Position numbers and translations under genes: made by a program. From positions 3,658,001 through 3,722,000 of the forward strand of contig CATNEN010000034.1 in NCBI GenBank assembly GCA_950097015.1: a DNA stretch of 64,000 nucleotides, given 5' to 3'. The notes below the pieces were generated by a model that made no database searches, was not told where the DNA came from, and saw only the letters and a list, made by a program, of their open reading frames with translations. Each line of letters opens with the position of its first letter. Positions within the stretch are counted from its first letter, which is position 1. The DNA is from Macrostomum hystrix (lineage: Eukaryota; Animalia; Platyhelminthes). This document shows, one piece after another, positions 40,085-50,786 of the stretch.

Positions 40085-40325
40085 TGTGAGAGATACAATT
40101 CAGACTACTGACAACAGTAGAAAAGCAAAGACTTGGCTGCAAAACTCTCACATAACACAAAAAAACATCGCCATAAAAATGGCTAGGTTAAAAGAGACTT
40201 CTGTGCACACTAAGGTGGTGGGAGAGGACGGCGTGTGGCTATGGCTGACTGACGAAGGCAAACAAGCCAGAAACCGGTCTCGGTCTGCCAGCGCAAGGTT
40301 CGTTCCCCACTTTTAGTGTGTTACA
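40085..40325. mobile_element. Solo LTR (241 bp) inserted in the mariner right TIR
   Basis: TGT...ACA termini; 5-bp TSD CTAAG at 40080-84 and 40326-30; removing it restores the TIR. Confidence 0.82.
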
Positions 40326-40418
40326 CTAAGACTTTTTGGACACCCCTCGTATTTATGCAAACGCATTTTCCGTGTATATAATTTAATAATTCAATTTAAT
40401 TTCATGTTCTGCAGAGCT

Positions 40419-41056
40419 GGGGGGGTTTTACGAACTGCATCTTAAGACTGACTCCTAAGTTCCAACTTAGGCTCGAACTTAAGACTGAGCCATAAATGCG
40501 TTTTACAAACACTAAATTAGGAGTCACTTCTAACCTCGATCTTAGCTAAGGTCGAGCTTTGGTTGTGGACGAGAAAGTTTAAGATAGGGTTGACCATAGA
40601 CTAATTCCGAGTGGCGTCAAACTTTAGCCGTTTTATTATGCCTTATTTTACCCAGAGACACGGTCACAGCTTATATGTACTTCTTGGTGAGTTTATTTTG
40701 CATTGCAAATCACATTCGAATGGCTGATAAAAGATCGACTCTTGCTGTTCAGATAGCGACTTGAAACTTAGGACAACTCTAGATGTGTCCTAAAGTTAAG
40801 ATCGACCATGACAGTTTGGTCATAGACATTGCAATCCGCTATCAATGCAGTCAAATCGTCACCTGTCCTCTCAAAGTTGCTGGACACTTTCAATAAACAT
40901 TTCGTCGCCACTTAATCCAGACACCGTAACGTAGCGAAAATCAATTAATGGAGGATTCAGAGTTCGATCCCAGCTAAGATCGAATTTTATCTTCATAGAA
41001 CACGTCAATCCTAAGTTTGATCTTAAGATTGAACTCAAGTTCGTAAAACACCCCCC
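40419..41056. mobile_element. MITE with G-rich TIRs (PIF/Harbinger-like)
   Basis: GGGGGGGTTTTACGAAC ... GTTCGTAAAACACCCCCC termini with subterminal (CT)TAAG motifs; TSD not cleanly resolved. Confidence 0.55.
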
Positions 41057-41645
41057 GGGATTTACTGCGCATATACAAGAATGAATATCTTCATTATCTA
41101 CATAAGCACTTTTGCAATCCAACCGGATTCTACTACTTAAGTGATTTCCGCAAAAGCAACACTAGAAATTGTCTGTCTTTAGAAAAACGCTCGTAATAAA
41201 AGAAAAATATGAACGTTGGAATATATCGACGGTCTGAAATACTGTCGACCTGATTAAATTGTTTTGAAATTAATAAGCCATAAAGAAAGAAAATAAATAA
41301 AAAAAATACACGACTGAGTGATATAAAAGCTTATTAGGCCTTGCTTGATCCATGCAACAGAAAATATCCATTAGCGTTCTGGATTTAGTGTATCTGTTCA
41401 ATGACCCCATTTTATTTAAGAGCGGCTATTAAGATTTTGATCGACAGATCTGTGCAGGAGCAGGGAATTCTATCGATAAGATCGAGGACCTCATCAATCT
41501 AGAAGAGCCATATATAGCTAGTCATGGTAGACATCAGTCAGTCTTAGATGAATTATAGTTTTCAAAAAAACACATTTGCGCTCATAGCATCTTGTTGTTA
41601 TGATGATAAATATCGAGTTCTGATCGCCTGATCGAGGTCTAACAA

Positions 41646-42192
41646 ATGTCTATCGTGCAGCAAAATCAGAGAATGGTTTTGCTTTTCTCTATCATTCTGA
41701 TATGGACAGCGGGCACAGCTGACTCTGTCGCAGTACAGGTCGACGCTGCTGGAATTGACGAATCGGCCAACAATGACCCTGCGGTGATCGCTGGCGGTGG
41801 GCAGCGCAAAGTTCCTGTTTACTTTGCTTCGACTGAAAATTTTAAATTGTATCTGCGCGACTTGAACCAGTTCTTGGCTCTGGTTGGTAGACCCAGGTCA
41901 GTAATGGATTATCACTGAGCTTTGACATGGCAGTATGCCCTACGTCCAGCGGGGCGCAGTAAGAGTGCAAACTGACTAACGGGCATCTCTCCTTCTCCTG
42001 CCCCTCCTCTTCCTCCTCCTTCTATCCCTTCTCTCCTCCTACTTCCCCTACCAGATGAAAATAGTAAATAAAAATATGATTATTTAAATGCAATGCATAA
42101 ACTAAAAAACATTGATCAACTATACTTGACAAGTGGCAATTAAACAATTCTTTTTCAGATACGGCAAACGATCTGGAACATATTACTATTGA
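41646..42192 (+). CDS. npy: Neuropeptide Y/F precursor (C-terminal GRPRY-amide), 2 coding exons, 94 aa
   Basis: join(41646..41896, 42159..42192): hydrophobic signal-like N-terminus, YLRDLNQFLALVGRPR^Y-G-K-R-SGTYYY*; phase-2 intron inside the penultimate Arg codon as in NPY/NPF genes; Gly amide donor plus KR cleavage site. Confidence 0.93.
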
Positions 42193-42329
42193 CAGCGGTG
42201 GCCTCCGGCTAGAGTTCGAAGTTAGCACTGCACTTCTGACCATAGACAAAACACGCTGAACAATCCAGCTTGCAATCTTCATTCAGAGGCTTTAGCAGCT
42301 TCATAGCAGTGAAAGTAATAAATTGTATT

Positions 42330-44210
42330 AATGCCCAGTTAGGCCCGGTCATAGACTAAGGAAAGCATTTATTTGATGCGAGAGAAATTTATTTGGCCGG
42401 GACAATAAATTATTTATTGGCCCGAGTACTTTAGAGTTTCTGTTTGAACGAAATAACGTTTAAGAAACGAAGAACGAACGAAGTACTGCACTTTTGTCAT
42501 TGAGTTCTCAAAAACGAAAATTGTTAATCGAAAGTAATCGTGACCTTATTCGATTCGCCACAGATCTCGATTCGCATCTTCTTAGGACTAGGACTGTCGG
42601 AGTTGACGGCGACAGTTGACTGTTGTCCTTGGTGGGCAACAACATTAGAAGAGGTAGCAGTAGTAGCTCCAGTGGTAGTAATGACGGCAGAGGCCTGGCT
42701 CTGGCAGACTATGTGCGTCATGGAATCTCCACCAGCGTTGATGTTTGTCACTTGGTTCACGTCTCTTGCGGCAATGATTGCCGAGGCCTCCTTCTGCTTA
42801 GTCACGGATTGACGGATATACCTTTCAAGAGCCGAGGAGCTGTGGCCGGTGACGCGACAAATGTCGGCACGTTCGACACCGGCTTCATGAAGTCTTGTTG
42901 CAGCCGTTTTGCGCAAACTCTGGTTGGTATACTTGCTGGTATCCTCAGGTGCAACTAGTTTGACACATGTCTTTACTGTCTCTGCGAGAGTGTGCCGTCC
43001 GACAGGAGATCGCATGAACCATGAACAGGCTGAACCAGGCGACCACGACCGATTCACCGCCAAGAACAAGGCGGCTTCGCTATTAGGAGGACGCTTTGTC
43101 GTGTACTCTTTGTAGATACACACTGGGCAGCGTTCATGATTATCCGTATGAAACGCACGAACTACCTTCGGGTCACGGAGCAATCCCTTCAGACCGCCTT
43201 GATTGGTTTTGGTCACGCAATTTTCTCTGTAGACGATGCACTCGTGGCATCCAACAGACTCCAGTTGAATCTGCCTGTCAAATTCTAGGTCACGTAGTTC
43301 CGCACCGCCACGCAGGGCAAAATGTTTCCTTAACAGCCACACGACGGCGTTTAGTAGGCTGCGCGGCGTCGTCACACCCAGCACACCATCAGCCCATAGT
43401 TTGTCCTCAATCGTATTTGGAATTGTTTCAGCCTTGTTCAAGCGAGCACCTTTGCCTTCTCTGGTAGCCACCTTCATAGCCGCATCCAATGCGACACGGG
43501 TTTCCCGGAAGGCGTCGTCCCTCCAGATTGACCAGTTTTGTTTCAACACATTTTGCCAGTACCATTGAATCATGGACACAAAGTCTTTGAGAGTGGTGGA
43601 AGTGTACCGTTCTCCATCCTGATTGCGTACTTCCATTACGAAGTACTTCAGAAGAAAATTCAGATCTGGCTTCGTCATCTCCGAGAGATCTTTCAGGACC
43701 ATTAATGATGGACCACCACCCGTTGACCAAAGCAGTCTTCTTCTGCTCATGCCAATTCTTGAATACGCCGACGATCCAATCAGCCTTCTTTTTAGTATTT
43801 TCTGGTATCGCTTTCTCCAGTTGCAAATTCAACTCCAACTCGTTCATCATCGCATGCCGACTCGAAACCACTCCATCACGTTGTTTGTCGCCTTCGGCCA
43901 CCATGAACAGGTCAAGATTAAAATCCATGTCCGGCAGAGTCAAGTCAAGTAAGTCGTCAGGAATACTCATTGTGGTTTTTTGGCTGGATAAGTCGCTGGT
44001 AAGTACGTTGCCGGATTTCATCGTAACTTTCCTCTCGCTTGACACGAACTGAGTAATAAATACATCATTCCCCACTTGTTTGACTTATCTATGGCCGTAA
44101 CCGTCTTCGGCCACGTTTATTTGGCCTCGGCTTCGCCTCGGCCAATAAACGCGTCCTCAGCCGCTTACGACCAAAATAAATAAAACAAGTGGGGAATAAC
44201 ATATACTTAG
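42330..44210 (-). mobile_element. Crypton-type tyrosine-recombinase DNA transposon (boundaries approximate)
   Basis: DUF3504-like YR coding region flanked by a ~135-bp hairpin (44068-44200) and related TTTATT(T)GGCC motifs at 42388-42426; no TIR or TSD seen. Confidence 0.75.
42524..44021 (-). pseudogene. Crypton tyrosine recombinase (DUF3504/ZMYM-KCTD1-like domain), one frameshift near 43720-43750
   Basis: PENTKKKADW..VFKNW in ORF 43428..44075 continues in ORF 42524..43750: YFVMEVRNQDGERY, FALRGGAELRDL, KTNQGG, RCPV, TNQSLRKTAATRL, RVTGHSSSALERY. Confidence 0.85.
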
Positions 44211-44789
44211 CTTATCAGTTCATAAAAAATGACACTACTAAGAGGAGAATTCTTGTTTATAAATAAAAGTAAAGTCAAGACGATGCAAAAAAACATTTTC
44301 GGCAACAACAGCTGAATGAAGGTAGTTAGAAATAGCAGATAATTATTTCAATATTGCCAGTCCGAAATCAGCATATCGATCTTTAGCTTTAAATTTACCA
44401 TTTTATTATTAATTACAAAGAATTTGTTTACCAACACGTTTAGAGCACGTTAATTAGAGTACTGGCGTAGAGGCGCCGAAATGTACTTTAGAGTACATCT
44501 ATTTTGGAACCAGAAATTTCTCTTTGTTAATATTCTCTTTATTAATTTTTTCTCTAGAAGTAAGAATGCATAATTAGTGTTAACGACTCATATACTGTTT
44601 GTGTCTATCAAGGATAGAAAGAACAATTGGACACATACTTCATACACGTGCTTACATGTAAATAAACAAAAACTGACTATAAAAGTACATAAACAAATAT
44701 AACTCCATGACCTTATAATAGGGGTCGGACACTTTAAATATTATAACCTGACGAGCCAAGGAGGAAAGCCAAAACACAACAGTGGGCCG

Positions 44790-45285
44790 CACTGAAAGTG
44801 GAGACGGAGCAGGGGAGAGATGAGACACGGGAGAATTGAAACGGGGAATAGATGAGGCAGTGGAGAGAAGAGACATGGGGAGAGATGAGACAGGGGAGAG
44901 ATGAGACAAGGGAGAGATGAGACACGGGAGAATCGAAACGGGGAATAGATGAGACGGGAGAGAAATGACACAGGTGAGAGATGAGACAGGGTAGAGATGA
45001 GACAGATGAGAGATGAGACGGGAGAGAGATGAGACAGGTGAGAGATGAGACAGGGGAGAGAGATGACATATGTGAGAGATGAGACAGGGGAGAGAGATGA
45101 CATAGGTGAGAGATGAGACGGGAGAGAAATGACACAGATGAGAGATGAGACGGAAGAGAAATGACTCAGGTGAGAGATGAGACGGAAGAGAAATGACTCA
45201 GGTGAGAGATGAGACGGAAGAGAAATGACTCAGGTGAGAGATGAGACTGAAGAGAACTGACACAGGGTTAGATGAGACAGTGGGA
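44790..45285. repeat. Purine-rich ~15-bp minisatellite (GGGAGAGATGAGACA)
   Basis: Imperfect tandem GAGATGAGAC units. Confidence 0.9.
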
Positions 45286-45424
45286 GAGAGAGTAATTAAA
45301 GGAGCTAGGCGCAATTGCGTCGACAGTTACCCTGTCCCACAGGGCAACTGAAATCAGTATAGACCTCAACAGCACAGCTAAATATTTATTTATGATCAGG
45401 AAATAAGCAGGGCAAAAGCAAGAG

Positions 45425-47856
45425 TTATTCGGCCACAGACTTGGGCAGGGGCAGGTCCGCAGACACGGCCATGACTCGAGCCTGGGCTAGCCCAGCCAGC
45501 AGGTCCTCCTTCGAGTGCAGCGTCTCCGGTGTGTCGGCCCGAGCCTCCTCAAGTCGCAGTTTGTCAATGTCGCAGCTAGTCAGGCTGATTTGGGAGGCGA
45601 TGGCGGCTGCTGTGCTGCTGCTAGTCAGGGTGGTGGCCGTGAAACCGTACGTGAAGGCGTACGTTGGCCCGCCCTGCGTTGGATTGGCGGGTTCAGATTT
45701 TTCGGGTACACCATAGTGGGTAGACAAAGACTATAGTGGGTAGACAAAGACTATAGAGGGTAGACAATGACCATAGTGGGTAGAAAATGACCATAGTGGG
45801 TAGACAATGACCATAGTGGGTAGACAATGACCATAGTGGGTAGACAATGACCGCAGACGGTAGTCCATGATTAGCCTTTTCAAACGCGACAATGCCGCAA
45901 GGTATAAAGCCTTCGACGCCCATCTGTCTCTCCCACGCACCTGAGGCCGCAGAAAGGATGACATTGTGTAGCCGCAGCTGGTCCGCGGCGGCAGCTCTGG
46001 AAAGGCCAGCGTCACGGAGCCCGCAGTGCATCGGACGGCCGCGGCGGCGGCGTCGGCCGCAGCAACAGCGGCAGCATCAGCGGCATCGGCGGCGTCGTTG
46101 GTCGGCTTTGCAAGACGGTCGGCTCGGCGCAGTTCGGCAGCCTCCTGGTAGGGCGGACAGATCGGCGGCTGGCTGGGCTCCGAGTGCTGATGTGCGTCCG
46201 ACAGCGGATAATTTCTGTCGGCGTCGTAGGCGCTCAAGTCTCCGCAGGCAACGAACGGCACCACGACGCGATTTGAGTCGCGCAGCCGATTGAGGTCCAG
46301 GTCGTAGTGCCCGGTCAGCAGCGGATTGGACAGGTTGGGCTCGTAGCCAATGGGAGGCCGGTAGCACTGGCAGACGGCGAATGCTTCTAGGCTGGAGTTT
46401 CTGGACGAGCGCGGCTTGGCGATGGCCACGGACTGGAAGAAGATCTTCAGCTGGGCGTGCAACAGCGAGACGTCGCGACCGCGAAATATTTTCGCTACAA
46501 ATGTGGCTCCGGGGCCCAGAACGAAAGTGGCAATGTTCAGTGCAGCGATTAGCAGCTGGCTCTGGACGTATTCGTCGATGTCATGCAGGCCGGTGACATC
46601 CGGAGCGCCGTCGCAGACAACCAGATCCGCCGGCTGGCCGCCAAGCAGGTCGATGATGCCGCGAGCGGTGGCAGCCTTGGTGATGTCGCCCTGCAGCTGT
46701 GACACGCCCGGTATCGGAGCCATGGCCTGCAGGTCCACCGCTACGATGTGAGCAGGGGCGTCTGAGCCTTCGGCTCCGCCTGGATTCAGCTTGCTCACTA
46801 GCACCTGTGCGGGAAATGAACGGGTGGCTTAATTAACGGCTTGACTGCCCCTGCTCTCTGGCTCATGACTTGATTTATGCATCAGCAGTTAATTATTAAT
46901 ATTATTCAATTCCTGATCAGTAATCACATATTAAACCTCTAATCTACATCTTAAAGTCACTAACTCCCTAAAATTACAATCTTAGCAGTCTGATCCATTA
47001 TATCAAGCGTCTCTAATCGCCATCCCGAAATTCCCTAATCCCCATCCCAACAGTCCCTAATCCCCATTCGAAAATTCCCTAATCCCCATCCTAAGTCTCT
47101 AATCCCCAATCCTAACAGTCCCTAATCCCAATCCCAACAGTCTCTAATCCCCATCCCAACAGTCTCTAATCCCCATCCCAACAGTCTCAAATCCCCATCC
47201 CAACAGTCTCTAATCCCCATCCCAAATTCCCTAATCCTAACTCAAAAGTGTTGTATCCCAATCAATGGGGGTGAGTGGCAGAGCGGTCGGTTAACGCGGT
47301 TGCCTCTCGCACCAAGGTTACTGAGCTCGATTCCGCGGCGAGGCCACATTCATTTGTGGCGTAGCCGCGGAGAGAAGACTTGGGAGCTTGTCGTGCAATT
47401 TAAGCCATTAAGGGCCGACATCCAAGGCACAGTGAAAGTGTACACTGCCTGACGATGAGAATAGTCCCATACGTGTGAGCCTGTGGCTGCGCATGGTATC
47501 TGTGTGCCCAGGAGTCAGCGAAATGGGCAGAATTGCCTTCTCGCTGGTAGCGGGTCTACTGTTACAAATGATGTGCGATTGCACGCAGCCCTCCTGCAAT
47601 TATTATTATAATTATTTATCCCCATGCCTATCGTAGTCTGTCAACACCCGCAGTCTCCATCATCAGCCGAGCTTCTTACCTGACTCCAGCTTCCGGGCGC
47701 AGCGCACAGGTCAACAACTCGCCTTACTTTGGCCGGATCTAGCAGAGCGAACTCCTGGTCTAGCTGCAGAAGCTTGAAAGCGCTGCGGGCTCGCCAGCCC
47801 TCCTCCTTGGCCAGACGATAATAGATGTCGCGTCTGTCCTTGCTGGACTTGCCCAT
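45425..47856 (-). CDS. FTSJ1: tRNA (C32/N34) 2'-O-methyltransferase FTSJ1/Trm7, with an uncertain C-terminal extension
   Basis: Exon 1 47680..47856 ([29 protein letters not shown]...[11 protein letters not shown]); exon 2 from 46804 ([52 protein letters not shown]); K-D-K-E tetrad intact. Likely donor at 45941 (CAG|GTGCGT) to a last exon ending TAA at 45425; 3' structure is less certain. Confidence 0.9.
45712..45852. repeat. 20-bp minisatellite (CATAGTGGGTAGACAATGAC)
   Basis: About 7 tandem units. Confidence 0.92.
47020..47240. repeat. 22-bp C-rich minisatellite (CTAATCCCCATCCCAACAGTCT) in FTSJ1 intron 1
   Basis: 22-bp period (47141/47163). Confidence 0.9.
47266..47610 (+). mobile_element. 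SINE family A, copy 3 (FTSJ1 intron 1)
   Basis: GGGGGTGAGTGGCAGAGCGG head, CTCGATTCC B-box-like, shared body, (ATT)n tail. Confidence 0.85.
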
Positions 47857-48479
47857 GCCGCTAGCAATTCAATCGACACACGGAAAATTTAGATTTTAGA
47901 TTTAGAAGACTGGATGGGACTGGGCTGTAGACGAGTACTACTGAAACTATGTGTTAATCAAGGTTATGATGATTTTATCCACAAATTTGGCTCGCCTAAT
48001 TAGTATTGTTTTTCTTATAATTTCATTCAACCAAGAATTAAAAAAGAGAAAAGAAAAACAATAAATAGCCTGAAACCTAGCCACACTGCAACTGCAACTT
48101 TATTTAGTTAGTTATGTGCATATTATTTATTACTTTAAGTAATATTAAGGAAGGAAAGTAGCCAAAAATCTCGAGAAAACTTGAAAAACTAATTTAGAAT
48201 AGAAAAAAGCAATCATACAAGCATCTTGCAAATTTTCCTGCTGACGTACAAGACTGTAATAATGAAACCACTAAACCAGTATGAAAAACCGATTTATATT
48301 CCGCTAAGTCTTTATTTAAGAGACTGCTTAAATTATTAAGTGCTTCAATTTGTCTTGGCCATTTGAATCAGACTCGGCTAGAATAAGCCATTAAAAATGA
48401 ATTGATCAGATATTTCAATTCTAACTAACCTTAAATAGGATTATTTGAGTACATTTTAAGCTTTACTGACGTATCTTAT

Positions 48480-50050
48480 GCACTCAAACCCTTTCGACTC
48501 GCTCGAATCCAATCGACTCGCACAGACCCGTTCGACTCGCTCGAACCCTTTCGACTCGCTCGAACCCGATCGACTCGCACAGACCCGTTCGACTTGCTCG
48601 AACCCGTTCGACTCGCTCGAACCCTTTCGACTCGCAGACCCGTTCGACTCGCAGACCCGTTCGACTCGCTCGAACCCGATCGACTCGCTCGAATCCGTTC
48701 GACTCGCACTGACCCGTTCGACTTGCTCGAACCCGTTCGACTCGCACTGACCCGTTCGACTCGCACAGACCCGTTCGACTTGCTCGAACCCTTTCGACTC
48801 GCACTGACCCGTTCGACTCGCACAGACCCATTCGACTTGCTCGAACCCGTTCGACTCGCACAGACCCATTCGACTTGCTCGAACCCGTTCGACTCGCACA
48901 GACCCGTTCGACTTGCTCGAACCCGTTCGACTCGCTCGAACCCTTTCGACTCGCAGACCCGTTCGACTCGCACAGGCCCGTTCGACTCGAACAGACACGT
49001 TCGACACGCAGACCCGTTCGACTCGCTCGAACCCGATCGACTCGCTCGAATCCGTTCGACTCGCACTGACCCATTCGACTCGCTCGAACCCGTTCGACTC
49101 GCACAGACCCGTTCGACTTGCTCGAACCCGTTCGACTCGCACTGACCCGTTCGACTCGCACAGACCCGTTCGACTTGCTCGAACCCTTTTGACTCGCACT
49201 GACCCGTTCGACTCGCACAGACCCATTCGACTTGCTCGAACCCGTTCGACTCGCACAGACCCATTCGACTTGCTCGAACCCGTTCGACTCGCACAGACCC
49301 ATTCGACTTGCTCGAACCCATTCGACTCGCACAGACCCGTTCGACTTGCTCGAACCCGATCGACTCGCTCGAACCCTTTCGACTCGCACAGACCCGTTCG
49401 ACTTGCTCGAACCCGTTCGACTCGCACTGACCCGTACGACTCGCTCGAACCCGTTCGACTCGCACTGACCCGTACGACTCGCTCGAACCCGTTCGACTCG
49501 CACAGACCCATTCGACTTGCTCGAACCCGTTCGACTCGCACTGACCCGTTCGACTCGCACAGACCCGTTCGACTTGCTCGAACCCTTTCGACTCGCACTG
49601 ACCCGTTCGACTCGCACAGACCCATTCGACTTGCTCGAACCCGTTCGACTCGCACAGACCCATTCGACTTGCTCGAACCCGTTCGACTCGCACAGACCCG
49701 TTCGTCTTGCTCGAACCCGTTCGACTCGCTCGAACCCTTTCGACTCGCACAGACCCGTTCGACTTGCTCGAACCCGTTCGACTCGCAGACCCTTTCGACT
49801 CGCTCGAACCCGATCGACTCGCTCGAATCCGTTCGACTCGCACTGACCCATTCGACTCGCTCGAACCCGTTCGACTCGCACAGACCCGTTCGACTTGCTC
49901 GAACCCGTTCGACTCGCACAGACCCGTTCGACTTGCTCGAACCCGTTCGACTCGCACTGACCCGTTCGACTTGCTCGAACCCGTTCGACTCGCACAGACC
50001 CGTACGACTCGCTCGAACCCGTTCGACTCGGAGACCCTTTCGACTCGATT
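48480..50050. repeat. CpG/TCGA-rich minisatellite of 19-bp subunits (CGACTCGCACAGACCCGTT / CGACTTGCTCGAACCCGTT)
   Basis: Alternating 19-bp variants, degenerate at both edges. Confidence 0.95.
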
Positions 50051-50786
50051 AGCCCCGTTCGACTTGCACAAACCCACACGATTCGATCGAACCAGTTCCC
50101 ATCGTTTGAACCACTCGACTTGACCAAAACATATTCGACTAGTTCGAGCAGTCGAGTCTCTGATTCCGCTGAGATTGAACATCGTTTGAACATGCAAGGC
50201 TAGCTCGAATTCTGGCCTGAGCCAGTTTCATTCGGTCGGCTCAAAATTATTCGAATCGGTTCGCATCGCTCGGTGACAGTTCAACCTGACCAACGCCTAG
50301 ACGCTAGTCTGTCCAACGCACTCTCAAGTCAAGGCTGTCTTAACACGGTCTGCAAATATTAAAAAGTAAAACACAATCAACTTAAACTTGCACATGAAAA
50401 TATTTTTGATCAAACTACGAGTATTATTTAGGGAAACTAAATTCGAAATACGAGTACAAAAAGCTAGGACTACCACGGAAGATGAAGATGGGTTGTTCGA
50501 TTATAAATAAGCACTTAAACAGTCAAGCTACTAATAGTAATATAGAAATATAAAAATTAGAAATAATTTGATTGGCTAATGCGTAAGTAGTGAACGAACA
50601 ACACAATGACAACATGCAGGACCGACAATAGAGATGAGTATATAGGGGACTAACTCGTGCAACAGTTTGACAACAAAACTACGCAACGCTCAAGTCATCA
50701 ACTATTAATCATTATTACCGAGACAATTTCGTCCGGCCGTCGCCCCAGTTTCATGAGGTCGCTCATGCAAAACTTGGGACGTCAGT

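Larger units (their letters stand above)
38294..40349 (-). mobile_element. Mariner (Tc1/mariner, DD34D-type) transposon with ~200-bp TIRs, inactive
   Basis: TA flanks at 38292-93 and 40350-51; TIRs 38294..38498 and 39903..40349 (the latter interrupted by a solo LTR); transposase motifs on the minus strand. Confidence 0.92.
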
